A stretch of DNA of 64,000 nucleotides from Camelus dromedarius (GCF_036321535.1 NC_087437.1:9612001-9676000), one strand, 5' to 3'; counted from the first letter of the stretch, positions 24,510-37,504 are shown. Numbers and translations: made by a program. Notes: generated from the sequence alone by a model not told the origin.

Positions 24510-25320
24510 CCATTCATTCAAGCTTCTGTTCATTCAGTCAGTTACTAAGTGCCAAGCCTTGTGGACTTACTGCTGGAAAACACCATCCCTGTCTTTCTTT
24601 AAATCTAGTGAGACAAACATTCAATAATCAATTAACCAGTCAAGTACTGGCTGAAGACTGGGACAAATACTACATGTAGAAATGTAGAGCGCTGTGGCTG
24701 CTTATAGGAGGGGCTTCTGAAATTATCTGGGGGAAGGAAAGTCTTTCTTGGAGACATCGGTTCTGAAGAATACATACAAAACCATTATTTAGTGGGAGGG
24801 CATGGTGCACTGGAGCTATTTCAAAAGAAGGAGGAATATTTGCAGAAGTCTGAAATGCAAAGGACCATGGAGCCTACGAGGAATTGAAAGAAGATGAATG
24901 TGACTAAAAGGAAGAGAGAGGTCACCCGAAGGGGAGGTGAGCTGGGTTGTCGGGATCACGGTGGGTCCTGTGGTCAGCTTAGGGAACGGAGTCTTAACAC
25001 TAAAAGCAATGGGGAGACACTAAAGAATGCAAAATGGGGTAAGATAGGGCCATGTGAGTGTCTTTCAAAGATTCTTTTCACCGAGTGATGATGTGCGATG
25101 TAAAAAATAGGCAGAAGATGTTTAAGAGGCTACTGCTGGAAAGAGATATATGTATTTCATTAGAATCCTGGTGGTAGAGGGAGGGAAACAGCTCAGGGGT
25201 AGAGCACGTGCATAGCATGCATGAGGTCCATGGTTCAATCCCCGGTACCTCCATTAATAAAACTAAAAATAGAATCCTGGTGGTAGACAAAATGAGAAGT
25301 AGATGAACGGGGGTTTTCAA
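24510..25320 (-). mobile_element. L2 LINE fragment, interrupted by a SINE
   Basis: CATTCATTCA tail followed by purine-rich L2-like sequence (AAAGCAATGGGGAGACACTAAAG). Confidence 0.65.
25179..25269 (+). mobile_element. tRNA-derived camelid SINE (Vic-1-like), short form
   Basis: A box AGCTCAGGGGTAGAG, B box GGTTCAATCCC, A-rich tail. Perfect TSD TAGAATCCTGGTGGTAGA at 25161-25178 and 25270-25287. Confidence 0.93.
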
Positions 25321-27599
25321 GGTAAGTATCCTGATGTTCAGAAAGAGGTTGTGCCTGGATTTTAAATAAATAGTAGAGAAAACTAGGTTCCTTACCTTTT
25401 TTAAGAACATGAAACTTGGAAGTACTGATTCCTTTCAGACAGAATCCAGCAATTCAGCTCCTAGAAGGGAAATTTGGTACAATATGTACGCTGGGGGCTG
25501 GCCATTTTTGTTAGGCTGGCGAGGTGTCCAGCCCTCCATGGAAATGCATTTCTTTCTTTTTTTTTTTTTTTCCCAGATGATAATTTTGGTTTTCTGTGTT
25601 TTTGTTCTAAATTCTTTCTTTGCCTGGCATATATTCTCATGGTTCTGTGGTTTTCAAAGCACATTTCCTGATGAAGGAATATTGAAATGAACTGGGGAAA
25701 TGTTTCATTAACAGAGTTAAATTGATTTCGATCTTGCAAGGCATCTTAGAGTCACTATCAGTCTAATACGTGAGGGGGACAAGGTGGTGACATCATTCTC
25801 TAATTATTTGAACACGAAAGTTTTTTTTCCAAGATCATCTCTTACAACTTGTGTTTTGTGAATTATATTTTGGGCAACTGTTAAACAGTAGTCTCTTGCC
25901 CCAGGCAGTGTCTGTCGCACAATTGTCCTCTCCCAAGAAATTCAATAGGATTGGTCTGGAAATTCTTTAAAATGTTCACTTGCTTTTCTGGCTGTTAACG
26001 CTTGAGCAAACAGCAATGTGCCACTTATAACTCTGGTGCACTGATATTTGGAAGAAAAGGTTTATCATCTGTTCAGCAGGTCACCTTTCTTCCCTGGTGT
26101 GGCATTGGCTCTGTGCCCAGCATATCTGGAGGCTGTGGTCAGGAGGGTGATTGGTACTTCAGACAGTTTTTCAGATTTTAATGAGTGATCTAGCCCTGGT
26201 AGTTTGTGGAAAAGTGTTAAGGATAGGGAGGGGAAAGAGTGTGTTGCTTTTTCTAGTCACTTCTTCCCCTCTGTATCCAAATTAATATCCTTATTGCCAA
26301 AGAATCTAAACATAGTATCACTTATATAAAACTTTCTAAGTTGAATCTACATTCTGGGAGTCCATACCGCTCAAAACACTGAACTCCACTTCCAGAAACA
26401 TTTTGTTTTATAATTTTCTGTGGTCAAATAATTTCTCCATCTATCTGTCTTTAAGGTATATAATACAAAATGCACATGCAAGAGGTCTCTTTATGAAAGC
26501 TTTATATATTTCTTCCCTTTGGTAATTAAAAAGGTATGTGTACCGAGGGTTCAAGAGATACACATTAAAAGCCACAAATTATAAATGAAAACAATAGTCC
26601 TGGTGATGATGCTGATCAAAATAAAAGGACAAATTTAGAGCAAAAATTCAATGACACAGTAATTTTAGAAGGGCTGCTAATATTAATATTATCTGCTATT
26701 CTGAATACAAGGTATCATGAAGGCATTAATGCAAAAAGGACAAATATTGCTTGAAAGATTTTAAATAACTCAGTGAATTGAACGAAGTGTTCAACGCAGT
26801 GCCTGGAATACAATAAATAAATGGTACATAAATGCTATTGTTATCACTACTGTTATTTAACTCTTCAAATTCAATTTTATACTGTAGTGCAGATGGCCAA
26901 CAAGTCAACTTGTAATCTTGAGTAAGGAATGAATCCATATATCATTAGCCATGATAAAATAACCAGATTAGCACGTTTAAACTCTTACAAATATGAAACA
27001 AAATTTTGTATATCTCTTTCTGTCTTTTTCATCCACAAAAACCAGAACTTGGCATCATTATATGTATCACAAAGTGAAAACATTTTCAGAAATGGGAAAA
27101 TAATCCCTGGGGCTCTTCATAAAACACTAGCTTCTGAGAATTCTTCTCAAGTGCTTGCTCTATAGTTGGTCCATCAAAAAAAGGAAAGAAGAAGAAACTG
27201 CAATTCCAAAGACTTTGAAGCAACAGGGTATCTTGCTTTGTGTTCAAAAGTAAGTTTTTCTCTTATTATAGACTCTGTATGGAGACCAGTGATGTGAGAC
27301 TGTGAGATAGCCTCAGAAGCTCCTGAACTTGGGAAGATGCACCTGTACACGTACCAAGCAGATGAAAATAATCTTTGCCCTTAGGTTTATTTCATTCTGT
27401 TCAGGGACAGTTAACCCTTAATAGATTCCCAGCGTAATGAATTCCAACGTGGACACTAGAACTGGGAAGTCGTATGCTCAGAAGACGGAGAATTCTGTAC
27501 TCAAAGAGAATGAGAACAATGCAAAGAGATTTTTGAACAAGAGAGAGATGTGGCTCCCCGTCACAGCACTGTAAGTTAATAGCTTGTGTGATTGTGGTG

Positions 27600-27720
27600 A
27601 TGACTGGTCTCTGATCCTGGGTTTCCTCATCTGCAAGATGGGTTTAAAGACGATTAGATTTAAAAGTTGTAGCAAGGATTCAAAATGAAAGAATATGCCT
27701 AAAGTGCATGCCACCTATAA
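27600..27720 (+). mobile_element. MIR fragment
   Basis: GTTTCCTCATCTGCAAGATGGG core. Confidence 0.6.
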
Positions 27721-27889
27721 GCAGTCATTTATTCAAAAACCAATTACTGAGCAACTATTATGCCCCAAGACAGGGTCCTAAGGACAAGGAAACACAAGTG
27801 GACATGACCAATACATTTTTCTAGACATACTCTACCACGGCATCCAGAAACTCATCCAGTTTCATGGCAGAAATACAAAGTGAGGAATA

Positions 27890-28385
27890 TTTTTCAGAAT
27901 AACTGGCTTGTACTCTTCACAAATGCAGGGAAAGGAAATGTAAGGTTGTAGGACTGTTTCACAATAAATGTCTAAAGGACTTGAAAACGAATGCAGCACG
28001 TGATCCTAGGTTGGGTCCTGGGTGGGGGATAAATGGCTGCAGAGGGCATTGCTGGATTAGTGAACAAATCTGAATATGAACTATGGATTTGATAATAGTA
28101 TAGCAATGTTAAATATCCTGATTTTGATAACTGTTCAAAGAGGCTGTCCCTTCTCTTGGGAAAGACACATTAAAGTATTTAGGGGTAAAGGAGCAAAATG
28201 TTTCCAACAACCCTCAAAAGGCTCAAAAACATGGAAGGAAGAAAAGAGGGAGGGTGCAAGGAGAAGACATAACAATAAAGCAAATAGGCAAGATGCAAGT
28301 AATTAGTGAATCTGGGTAGAGTCTCTTTGAGAGTTCCTTGTACAATTCTTGCAAATTTTCTGTAAGTTTAAAAGTCTATGAAAAC
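27890..28385 (+). mobile_element. Ancient L1MC/L1ME 3' end
   Basis: AATGTTAAATATCCTGATTTTGATAACTGT...AAGTATTTAGGGGTAAAGG...CTTGCAAATTTTCTGTAAGTTT is typical of L1MC4/5 3' ends. Confidence 0.75.
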
Positions 28386-28990
28386 CAACTTTGATTGAGA
28401 GATAGGAGAGAGTTATTCAACAAGCATTTATTCTCTTTTTCCTTCTTTTAGAACCTACTTTTCTGGAGTAGATTTTACTAATCATATATAGAATTTCAGC
28501 AGAAGAAGTAGAGACTTCCACTACTTATATATCCTCCATATTGAGTTCTACCTCAGTGGATTTGGTGAAATCAATAATTTATAGTACAGAACTTTAGAAG
28601 AATTATGTTACTGACTTGAATGAATTGAAGAGCATCCTTAAACACTTGGCACAGCTTCTAAAGTTGGTGCTTTAGTTGGAAAACCAACTCAACGTGTAGC
28701 AAATTTAAAAAGCATATTGCCATCTCAAAGGTTAGGAACTGACTTCACCTTCATTTTCCATAATGAGAGAGGGAACAATGAAGAACTTCAGGTTAGAAAA
28801 GATGCATCTGTGGCTTTCAGTTTAATTACTGCAGCATTTCTTGGACTGGGTCAGACCTACAACATGCACGCATGCTCTATAACCAGAGCTGCTCATTATA
28901 TTGATTTCTCAATTACTCTAATTAATAGTGTCGCACATAAACCCGTTGGTGTCCACCAGCAGATTCCCTTCTGATTTTTTAAAATAAGTG

Positions 28991-29008
28991 CACGTGCAAA
29001 TGCACGTG
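28991..29008. promoter_or_regulatory. Tandem canonical E-boxes CACGTG-N6-CACGTG
   Basis: Exact sequence CACGTGCAAATGCACGTG; function not shown. Confidence 0.4.
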
Positions 29009-29454
29009 AATGGATGAGTCTGTGTAGTGTGTGTTTTTAGAGCAAATAATCATGGCAACAAATCTAAAAACACATAGAAACAGGTAAAAATGCTTACAGT
29101 ATGGGGGAAAGTAAGGTCAAATATTTATGCGAAGTACTGTGCATGATATGTTCTAAAAAGAAAATTTTTACCTTTGGCTTATGAAAAGTGAGTACTTGTG
29201 AAAATCTAAAATCTAGAAGTACTGTAACGGTCATTATTGAAAATTTTCAGCTTTGGCATTGTTGGCCTCTTTTGACCTATTTCAGTCTTGGGCGTGGAAA
29301 TAACATCTGGTCTATTTTACTCAAATTCTTTAAAAGTCTATAATGTAAAGACCATTCATTTCTCCTAAATTTACTGTCTTAAATGTTGGTAGCAGCTTTA
29401 TCTTATTACTCTTTGAGTATTTATTCTAAAATATAGAATAAATAAAAATCCAAG

Positions 29455-31035
29455 CCTGGAACTTCCACTTCCAGCTACATTGGGGTATTTTATTGGAGAC
29501 CAGTCATCCTGCTAAGAATGAAAAATTACGATGAAATTTTAAACAGTAGATTTGAAACAATAAAAGAACTGCTGAAGTAGCCAGTTTTGAAGGGCCAGTT
29601 CCTGGAGAGAAGGAAATCTTACTAAATTTTCTGTACATTAGCTTTCTCCTTGGGACAAATGATTCTTGACATATGCGAAGATGCACCTAAGCTGGGTAAA
29701 GAAACTGTAACAGTCCCAAAACACGAGAGAGCTTCTGGTGATTTCACAGGGTTTGGGAAACCCACATTGGAGTTCTCGTATGACAAGACATCTGCGACTT
29801 GCTTGACCATAACTCCAATCATGAATGAGGGTCACAGAAGTGAAACTAGCACTCAAGACTTGTTGTCCCGTTGAGCTGTCACCTTATTAAGCTACTCAGG
29901 AAAAGATGCAAAGTAGCCAAACAGAAAATATATTAAAAGGAGCCAAATAATGGCTAAAGGGTAATGCGGAGTTTTCAGCATTCCCACAGTACTAGGGAGA
30001 CCAAAATCACGTTTCAAGACCTCCAAGGAGGACTGGCACTAACAAACCCTCCAGGCTCTCTTTGGGATCTTTGGAGAGATACACCATAGGTTGGGGGGTA
30101 AACCAGGAACAGACGGAACCTTACCAAGACTGCGAAGTAGCATTAAGTTAGTTCAAGATCTGACTGGATTTAGGTGCTACGTCTCTTTCTGGCTGCCAGA
30201 GGATAGGGCAAATCATCATTAAAAGATGTCATATGCAAGATTGATAGTGCAACCAAAATTGTTTGGAATGTTAAAACATGGGACCAGAAGAAAAAATAAG
30301 CACTACAATGAGACACAAATAATAGAATTATCAGATGAAATGTTTAAATAACTGTGATGAATATCTTTGAGCAAATAGATGACCAGGTGGGAAATTGTAA
30401 CAAAAAATTAGAAAAGGGTCAAATGAAAACTTTTGAATTGAAAAATACAGTAACTAAAATCATAGCATGAGATGTGCAACACAGGTGAAGGCAGGGTGAG
30501 TGAACTGGAAGACAGGTCAATAAGAAATATCTGGATTATAACACAGAGGGCAAAAGAGATGGAAAGTACAGAGAGGAGCATAAGAGACATGTTATATGCA
30601 AGAGATAAGCATAAAAAACTACATTGTTCATGTTTGTATTATTTATAATAGTCCCCAACTTTGCACCAACAGTAGTATGGACATTTTGGTCTGTTCATAT
30701 AACGGAAAACTATTTAGTATTGAAACATATTGAAACATGGCTACATATAAAAACATCAATGAGTCAAACATAATATTACAAAAAAGAAGCCACATACAAA
30801 AGAGTACGTGTGGATTCATGCTGTTTACGTACAATTCAAAAATCAGTGTATTGGGGAGAATCGATCTATTGTTATTATTAGAGACGCGTTAATTACTGGG
30901 CTGCTTGCTGTGAGTGCTGTGAGTGACTCAGTGGCGAGTCAACAAGCAGATTTGCTTTGTGAAAATCCATTGAATCGTACATTTACTTTTTGTGTGATTT
31001 TTTGTGTGTGTATGCTGAACTTCAACTGAAAAAAG
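29455..31035 (+). mobile_element. Ancient L1M remnant (5'UTR-like, ORF1-like and 3' end pieces)
   Basis: ACTTCCACTTCCAGC start; ORF1 coiled-coil-like GAACTGGAAGACAGGTCAATA near 30500; L1ME-like 3' end at 30620-31035. Confidence 0.6.
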
Positions 31036-33016
31036 ATTTTATGCAGTTAAAGTCTGAGTGTGTAAAAATTAAAATAAAAGTTTTGTGGGATAATATCAAT
31101 CGCTTACATTCTCCCACAGCTAATAAAGTCCCTTTGGAGATTGATTGTTTTTGGCTTTCAAAGAATGCAAAGAATTAATCAGGAAAGAAAATGTCAGAAA
31201 TGGGGAAAAAATAATAGGAGGTTGGACGAGGGATGTGTGTTTAATTGAAAGACTACTCAGAACCCCTGTATATCTTTAAAGCAATGAGCAGAGCAGAGGC
31301 TGCTTAAGAATAAGCAAACTGTCCACCAGTCCTTCCCTCTAGCAGTTCAGCTAATGGAGCCAAAGGCAAGAATCAGAAAAAACAGATATTAATAAAGTCA
31401 CCACTGTAGAATTTATAAACAATAAATCTAAGTGTTTCCAGTCTTCTTTTCCAGATGAGGACTTAAAACTATTTTTTTCCCTCTGTGTTTTTTCTTTTTT
31501 TTTTCTTTTTGGTTTGCTTGCTTGCTGGTTTGTTTCATCATTTCCAGAGGTACAATGCCCCAAATGTATTTGGAGCCTCTTTCCCTGTTTTATACCCTTT
31601 TGATTAGGTTCTCTTGATTCTAGACCCCGAGGTCCTTGGGAATAGAATCTGTTCCCTAGTTACATATCCACATTCTCTAATCAAGCACCTGTCGAAGAGC
31701 AGGTACTAAAGAAACATGTATTTTCTGTTACTAGTGAGATTTAAATTAGGGCTAATACTGTAGTATTTTAGATATGGTACATGCTTTGCCTTTGTTTATT
31801 TATTTTTTCCTGAAAGGAAAGAGGATAATAACCCAGGAACTACGCCATCACTGGCAAACATAGATTATGCTATGTTTGTCCTGATGTGACATAAATTCAT
31901 GCCAGATTTTCCCTGAGATTAGAGATTTTGTCTGTGATCTGACACATATGTTTGTAATCAGATTTTTCCTTTGTCTCTAGACCAGACTGGATATTAGTAA
32001 AACTTTCCATATACCTTTTGACCCGATTACTCTTTTGTAACTACAGAGCCTTTCCACTAATTATGTCTCTAGATGGCTCCCAGCAAGTGTAATCAGTAAG
32101 AAAATCACAAATTGGCAAATTAACACTTTGAAAATTCTTCCTGGGGAGTGAGGCTAGATGGCATATGAAAGCTACCTGAAGGTGTTCAATATTTACCACA
32201 AATGTTTCCTACACAACTGACCTCAATTCTATAAACATAGGCTAGAAGAATGTAAAGTCTATGAAGAAACAAGACACATTTGCTTCATGTCAGTATCAAA
32301 ATCAGAACTTGAGATTTAAAAGCTTATTTGCTCTGGATACAGCTTCCAAGAATCTAGGTTCACCAGCTCCAATCATCTGCCATTGGACCTGATGACACAG
32401 AGGACAAGAGAAAGTAGTCACGTCACTTCCCTGTACAACTGCACCAAATAGAAGGGAAAAATTTTGGTTTTGTACAATTTAACCCCACAGATCACTATCA
32501 ATCATAATCATATAGTATTTTTACTATTAAATAACACCTTAGTGGCAACCCTACCATAGAAATAAGGAACCCTGAGGTCTGGAGACTGAGCTTCTGATTC
32601 AACACTTGACAGTTAACTAGTAACTAAGCTGAATCCCAACTTAGTTAACTCTGATCAACAATAAGGAGATTTGTACTGAGCTGTTGAAGTATCTCTTTTC
32701 AAAAAGATTTTGTGATTTTGAGGTCTGAAATAAATAGGGAAGGCATAAAACTCTTGCCCCACTCCACTAAAATGTTTACTTTCTAACATGGGAAGTTCAG
32801 TAATCATCGTCCCTTTGGCCCCTGGAACTATGACTACTTTTCAGATGCTCCATCTCAGCAGAAGTGTGTAGAAGAGAGAGATGAGGAGGAGACACGTAGT
32901 CAGAGATAGAGAATACCAGGGTGAAAGATTACACATCAAACCTTAGAATTAGGAACTTGTATTGGAAATACCATATGAGTATCAATCATATTTGCATTGA
33001 GAGTAACCATTGCTAT

Positions 33017-33568
33017 TGTGGTGGTTTAAAAATGCATCCATAAATTCTTTGGTACTCCTCTCTTTAAAAGGCAGAAACGAATTCTCCTCTTCCTGATTTT
33101 GGTCTGGACTTAGTGATTCACTTCTAATGAATAAAAAAAGTATGGTAGAAACGATGGTGCCTGAATTTCATAACTAGGTCCTAACAGGCCTTGTGACTTG
33201 CTTTCTTTTTCTTGGGTCTCTTGCTTTGGGTCAACCCAGCTGCCATATTGTGAAAACAGTAAAGCAGCCTTGTAGAGCACACACTGTGGCAAGGAGCTAA
33301 GGCCTCCTGAACACAACCAGCGCTAACTGGACAGGCATGTGAGAAAGCCACCTTGGAGATGGATTTACTAGCCCCGGTCAAGCCTTCAGATAACTGCATC
33401 CCTGGCCAATATCTTGATGGTAACCTCGTAAGAGATCTTGAACTAGAACCACTCAGCCAATCCACTTCTGAATTCCTGACTCATAGAAATGGTGATATAA
33501 TATATGCATTTAGTTTCAAATGATTAAATTTCAGGATAATCTGTTGCACTGCAATAGATAGCTAATCA
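33017..33568 (+). mobile_element. ERVL-MaLR solo LTR, MLT1F-like
   Basis: TGTGGTGGTTTAAAAAT start, CAGCTGCCATATTGTGA, GTCAAGCCTTCAGATAACTGCA, end GCAATAGATAGCTAATCA. Confidence 0.88.
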
Positions 33569-33617
33569 TGTCATGCTGAAGTGAAGAGCAGTCATAAAAA
33601 TGATAAAACACAATTGC

Positions 33618-33691
33618 TATGGGGGTAAACCATGTGAAATTGCTCCTTCTGTAGGTCACAAATCAGCCATTTCACATGGTTCAACCTACTG
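33618..33691. mobile_element. Mariner MITE, MADE2-like
   Basis: Inverted arms AACCATGTGAAAT / ATTTCACATGGTT(CAACCTA) flanking TGTAGGTCA; matches recalled MADE2 with an internal deletion. Confidence 0.75.
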
Positions 33692-36016
33692 TACCGTTCT
33701 ACCAACATGTTTCATTCCCGATTTGGACTGGACTTTGGTCTCCCAGGATGCATCTGTTCAATGCGTTTGCCATTTTTCAAATTATAATCACATGGCAATA
33801 GAGTCATGATTTGCTGACACAATGGTCTGATGCAACAGTTGGAAATCAATTATTTGTGGATTACCTCTTGGTTTAGACATGTAAAAGATAATTGTTAGCA
33901 AATGATGCTCTTTCTCTCTTTCCAAGGGTATTTTTGCTTTCTGGATTTGGAACAAATGTTTGAATAAATGATGAAATGTGCTTCAAGTTTTTAAACCATC
34001 CTATGTACAGAAAGTTATTTTCCTCTGAACTTTAGAAGCACTGGGTGAATGTTCTTAGGACATTATGTTGTCTTTGCATTACACACACACAGGCACACCA
34101 TCCAGTATGTCTGTATGTAATTACTTTGGGGTGAGCCTCTCATTTTAATCCCATTAAAATACTTCAGCTGGACCAGGTAACACAAAATTAGCGTCTTGGT
34201 AACAGTATCTTTTTTGGCACAACCTTTGCCATTTCTGCATTTCTATTGAACGTATATGACATGCTGTTGAGTGAGAATTGATTTCTTCTTCCAGTCTCCC
34301 TCGAGTGTTCATGCACCTGCCTGACTGAATGCAAAGCTGTCTGTGTAAACTTTCCAGAACCAGATCACATCAGTTTCTCACTTATCTTCTTCATTTTCAG
34401 CTTTCACTGAAGACAAATCTTAAATGGGGAGGTACAAAAATTGGTTTCACCCTGACCCCAAATACAAGATTCTGCTATTATTTTCAAGGGCTTTCATCAA
34501 TGATCTTTTTTAAGAATTTGCAGAGATGTGTCACTTATGAGTACATGCTAGAGGTGCTTGTTTTCTTTGAAAAAGGAATCCCTAAGCTAAAATTCCTGAT
34601 TTTTCTAGTTAAATCACTCTGTCGTCTTAGGCAACTGCTGACAGTGGAACAAGTGTGATATTTACTTCTTCTCATGATTATATCCAACAAAGGTTTGGCC
34701 AATACCAGTGATTAATTGAAAGCAGCAGAAACTCTTCACAAATTTAAAATTAGAAATCACATTCCATTTTGTATATTACCAGAGCATAAATTCACCCAAC
34801 TTCCTAGTAAAAGCTCATAATGATAACTATGCTTTTTTCTTGGTAGTGAGATTAGAATTGATCTTTACTAATTTCTGCTCATTTCTATTCCTTAACATTA
34901 ATTTTAAGAGTTAATACGCATTTCTATTCTATTCTAGTCTATACATATGCAATTATTAACAATCATATTTGTACTTAATATATGATCTGTATATTATAAA
35001 TTCTATCTTTGTGTGAACATAGTACCTCTATCCGGCACATTGATACTAGAGATAATATATAAATGTGTCAGTTGACTCAGATGTAGCTACGGAAATTTTA
35101 CTGAGCATTTTCCTTCTTTTCTTTTGACAGAGTTCAGCTCGGCCTACCTGTCAATCCTCTACAGAGAAAGATTATGAGCTGAAACATCTATTCTACCCAC
35201 GTGGGGAAATCCTGAGCTTCTTAAAACTACTAACAGATAGTGTGTACAGCTTGGACTTCTTTTGAAAACAGAATGCTACATTAAAGGACAACAAATCTTC
35301 TGGCAAGAACTCAAATTTAACAGGTTGCTGCGGCAAATCCATTTTTCTAAATAACCAGCGTGTGATCCAACCGCAGTATCAACAGTGTACTGTACCGAGA
35401 ATCCGAATTGCTGTATTAAAGCTGCTAATTTGCAGTGGCTTTTATGGAGGTACAATTTTCCATTTAAAATGCAAAATTCCCTGTACAAAAACACTTGAAT
35501 AATTATGAAAATGTAAGTAATCGTTTGCAAAAAGTAATTATGGTGAGGGGGACATTCCTAGGCCTTCAGTGTTTTATGCATGTGTTTCGTTCCGTCTGCA
35601 AAGTAATTAAAATGTTGCAAGACATACTGAAACGCTGGCAGTTTAGAAGGAAAGCAGTTGTACTCCTGGCAAAGACTGTTTTGTGTTTCTAAGAATTTTA
35701 AAATTGGGATTATAATAAACTACTCAGTCAAGCAAACAGAAAACAAGAGCCAAAATCATGTTCTCAGCTTTGAGATCTGTAGCTACATGCCACCCCAAAG
35801 CCGTGAATTTTCTAAGCCTGAGGTGAGACAAAAAGCATATTTGTTTTGTGAGAAAACATTTGGAGCAAGGGGAGATCAAATTGTAGCATTTATATAGTTC
35901 GAATAAAAAAAATAATTTGGAAGTCGTCTTACTGTTTAAGGCTGATTGTTTCCAAGATTTAGAAATGATTGGCTGAATGGCTGCCAATTACTGCTCTCGT
36001 CCCAAACAGGAGCGCT

Positions 36017-36049
36017 CTAGCGCCACCGCTGTTACAAAGAGGAACTGCA
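36017..36049 (-). promoter_or_regulatory. CTCF-like site (upstream module plus degenerate core)
   Basis: Minus strand reads TGCAGTTCC-TCTTT-GTAACAGCGGTGGCGCTAG. Confidence 0.35.
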
Positions 36050-36334
36050 TTAGGGTGCTGTCTCAACAGTAGTTGATTGACTTGAGAGTCCAGGCGGGGA
36101 AAAGCAGCTGCAAAATGATTATCAATCAGCAGGGCTGCACGCAACACACTGCTTTTGGATTTTGCAGTGTCCACCTTCTCCACTTTAGCCAGTCAGTCAA
36201 GCTTCGTGCAACATTTATCGAGTTGTCACTCTGTGCCAATTACAGCAGGAGGAGGTGGAGGTCTAGGAGTCTGTGTGTCCCATACGGTGTCTGCCTGCAC
36301 GGATTTTACAGTCCAGTCTCTCTAGAAGCCAGTT

Positions 36335-36570
36335 CAGTGTGCTAATGAATTACGGACTCCAGGGCCAGCCCACATGGGCTTGAATCCTGGCTTGTTCACT
36401 AATTATCTGTGTGATATTGTGCAAATTATCTGATCTCTCCAGTATGTTCATCTGTGGAATGAGAATAATTATAGCCCTGCCTCATGCAGTTGCTATGAGA
36501 ATTAAGTGAATTAGCCTGTGTATTAATGTATAATGCCTGGCACTTAGTATTATATAGATTATTTGCTATT
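36335..36570 (+). mobile_element. MIR SINE, near full length
   Basis: GGGCTTGAATCCTGGC...TGTGTGATATTGTGCAAATTATC...GTTGCTATGAGAATTAAGTGA...TGCCTGGCAC. Confidence 0.85.
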
Positions 36571-36878
36571 ATTTTTTACCTCCACTCCAAGCCAGCAGGG
36601 CTATACATGTTGCCTACTGGATAAGATACTGTCTAATTTTATAGCATCTAGATATCCAATAAAAGTCAAAGATCAGAAAAGCCTCTGGAAGTTATGGCTG
36701 TGGGCATCTGAAGCCTTTAGTCTTTGCTCTGCACACAGACTATAAAGATACACTCAGGCTGTTACCCAAACAAGTTCATGTTAAAGAAGATAGAAGACAT
36801 AAAAATAACAGCCGACAGCTGCAGGAGGCAGTAGAAGACCCATCTCTATGTGACAGAAGGAAAAGAGCAATTTGAAAG

Positions 36879-37475
36879 TGTTAGAGCAGGCAGGTAGCTA
36901 GGTATGAGCAGAGAGGTGGGGGGCACCGCCAAATGGCAGGAAACCGTACATCTTGTGAACAACAGGGGTCCCTGGGCAGACAGAGAAAAGCAGGAATCTC
37001 TGGACTGGTAAGAAATCACTTATTTGGGGGTGACAAGTGGCCTGGAGGCCAACAAAGAAAGGTAGGAAAGGCAGGAATCTCCAGAGTCTGAATGTAACCT
37101 TTTGCTCATTATGCCCTCATTACAATAAAATTAGCCTTGCAGATGAGAAGTACCCATCATGCACTGATGCCAGGACACTTCCTATCCAGACTAAATAAGG
37201 ACAAAAATCCCTCCTCCCCTTGGGAGGGTGGAACTGAAATAGAGATCAGGGAATATGACCCCAAACTCCTCCCTCCCCGGTGAATATTCTACCCGTTCTA
37301 TTTTTACACCCTGTGTCACCTACTCGCCAAAGAAACTCGGGGCAGCCGCTCACCTGAGCCTGCCCGCTCTCCCCTTGAGTGTGCTATCCATCCCTTAATA
37401 CATCCCCACTTTGATTTTTTAACCTCCATGTCTCTGAATTTTTTCTGCAATGAGAGGAGAACCAAATTGCCAACA
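36879..37475 (+). mobile_element. ERV1-type solo LTR (MER50/MER41-like)
   Basis: TGTTAGAGCAGGCAGGTAG start, internal direct repeat GCAGGAATCTC, end CTGAATTTTTTCTG...GAACC...CCAACA. No exact TSD seen. Confidence 0.75.
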
Positions 37476-37504
37476 ATAAAAGTATACCATCATCATCCAT
37501 CATA

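Noticed and set aside
25179..25255. tRNA gene
   Set aside because: The A/B boxes belong to a SINE with an A-rich tail and TSD; a second copy lies at 62.9 kb.
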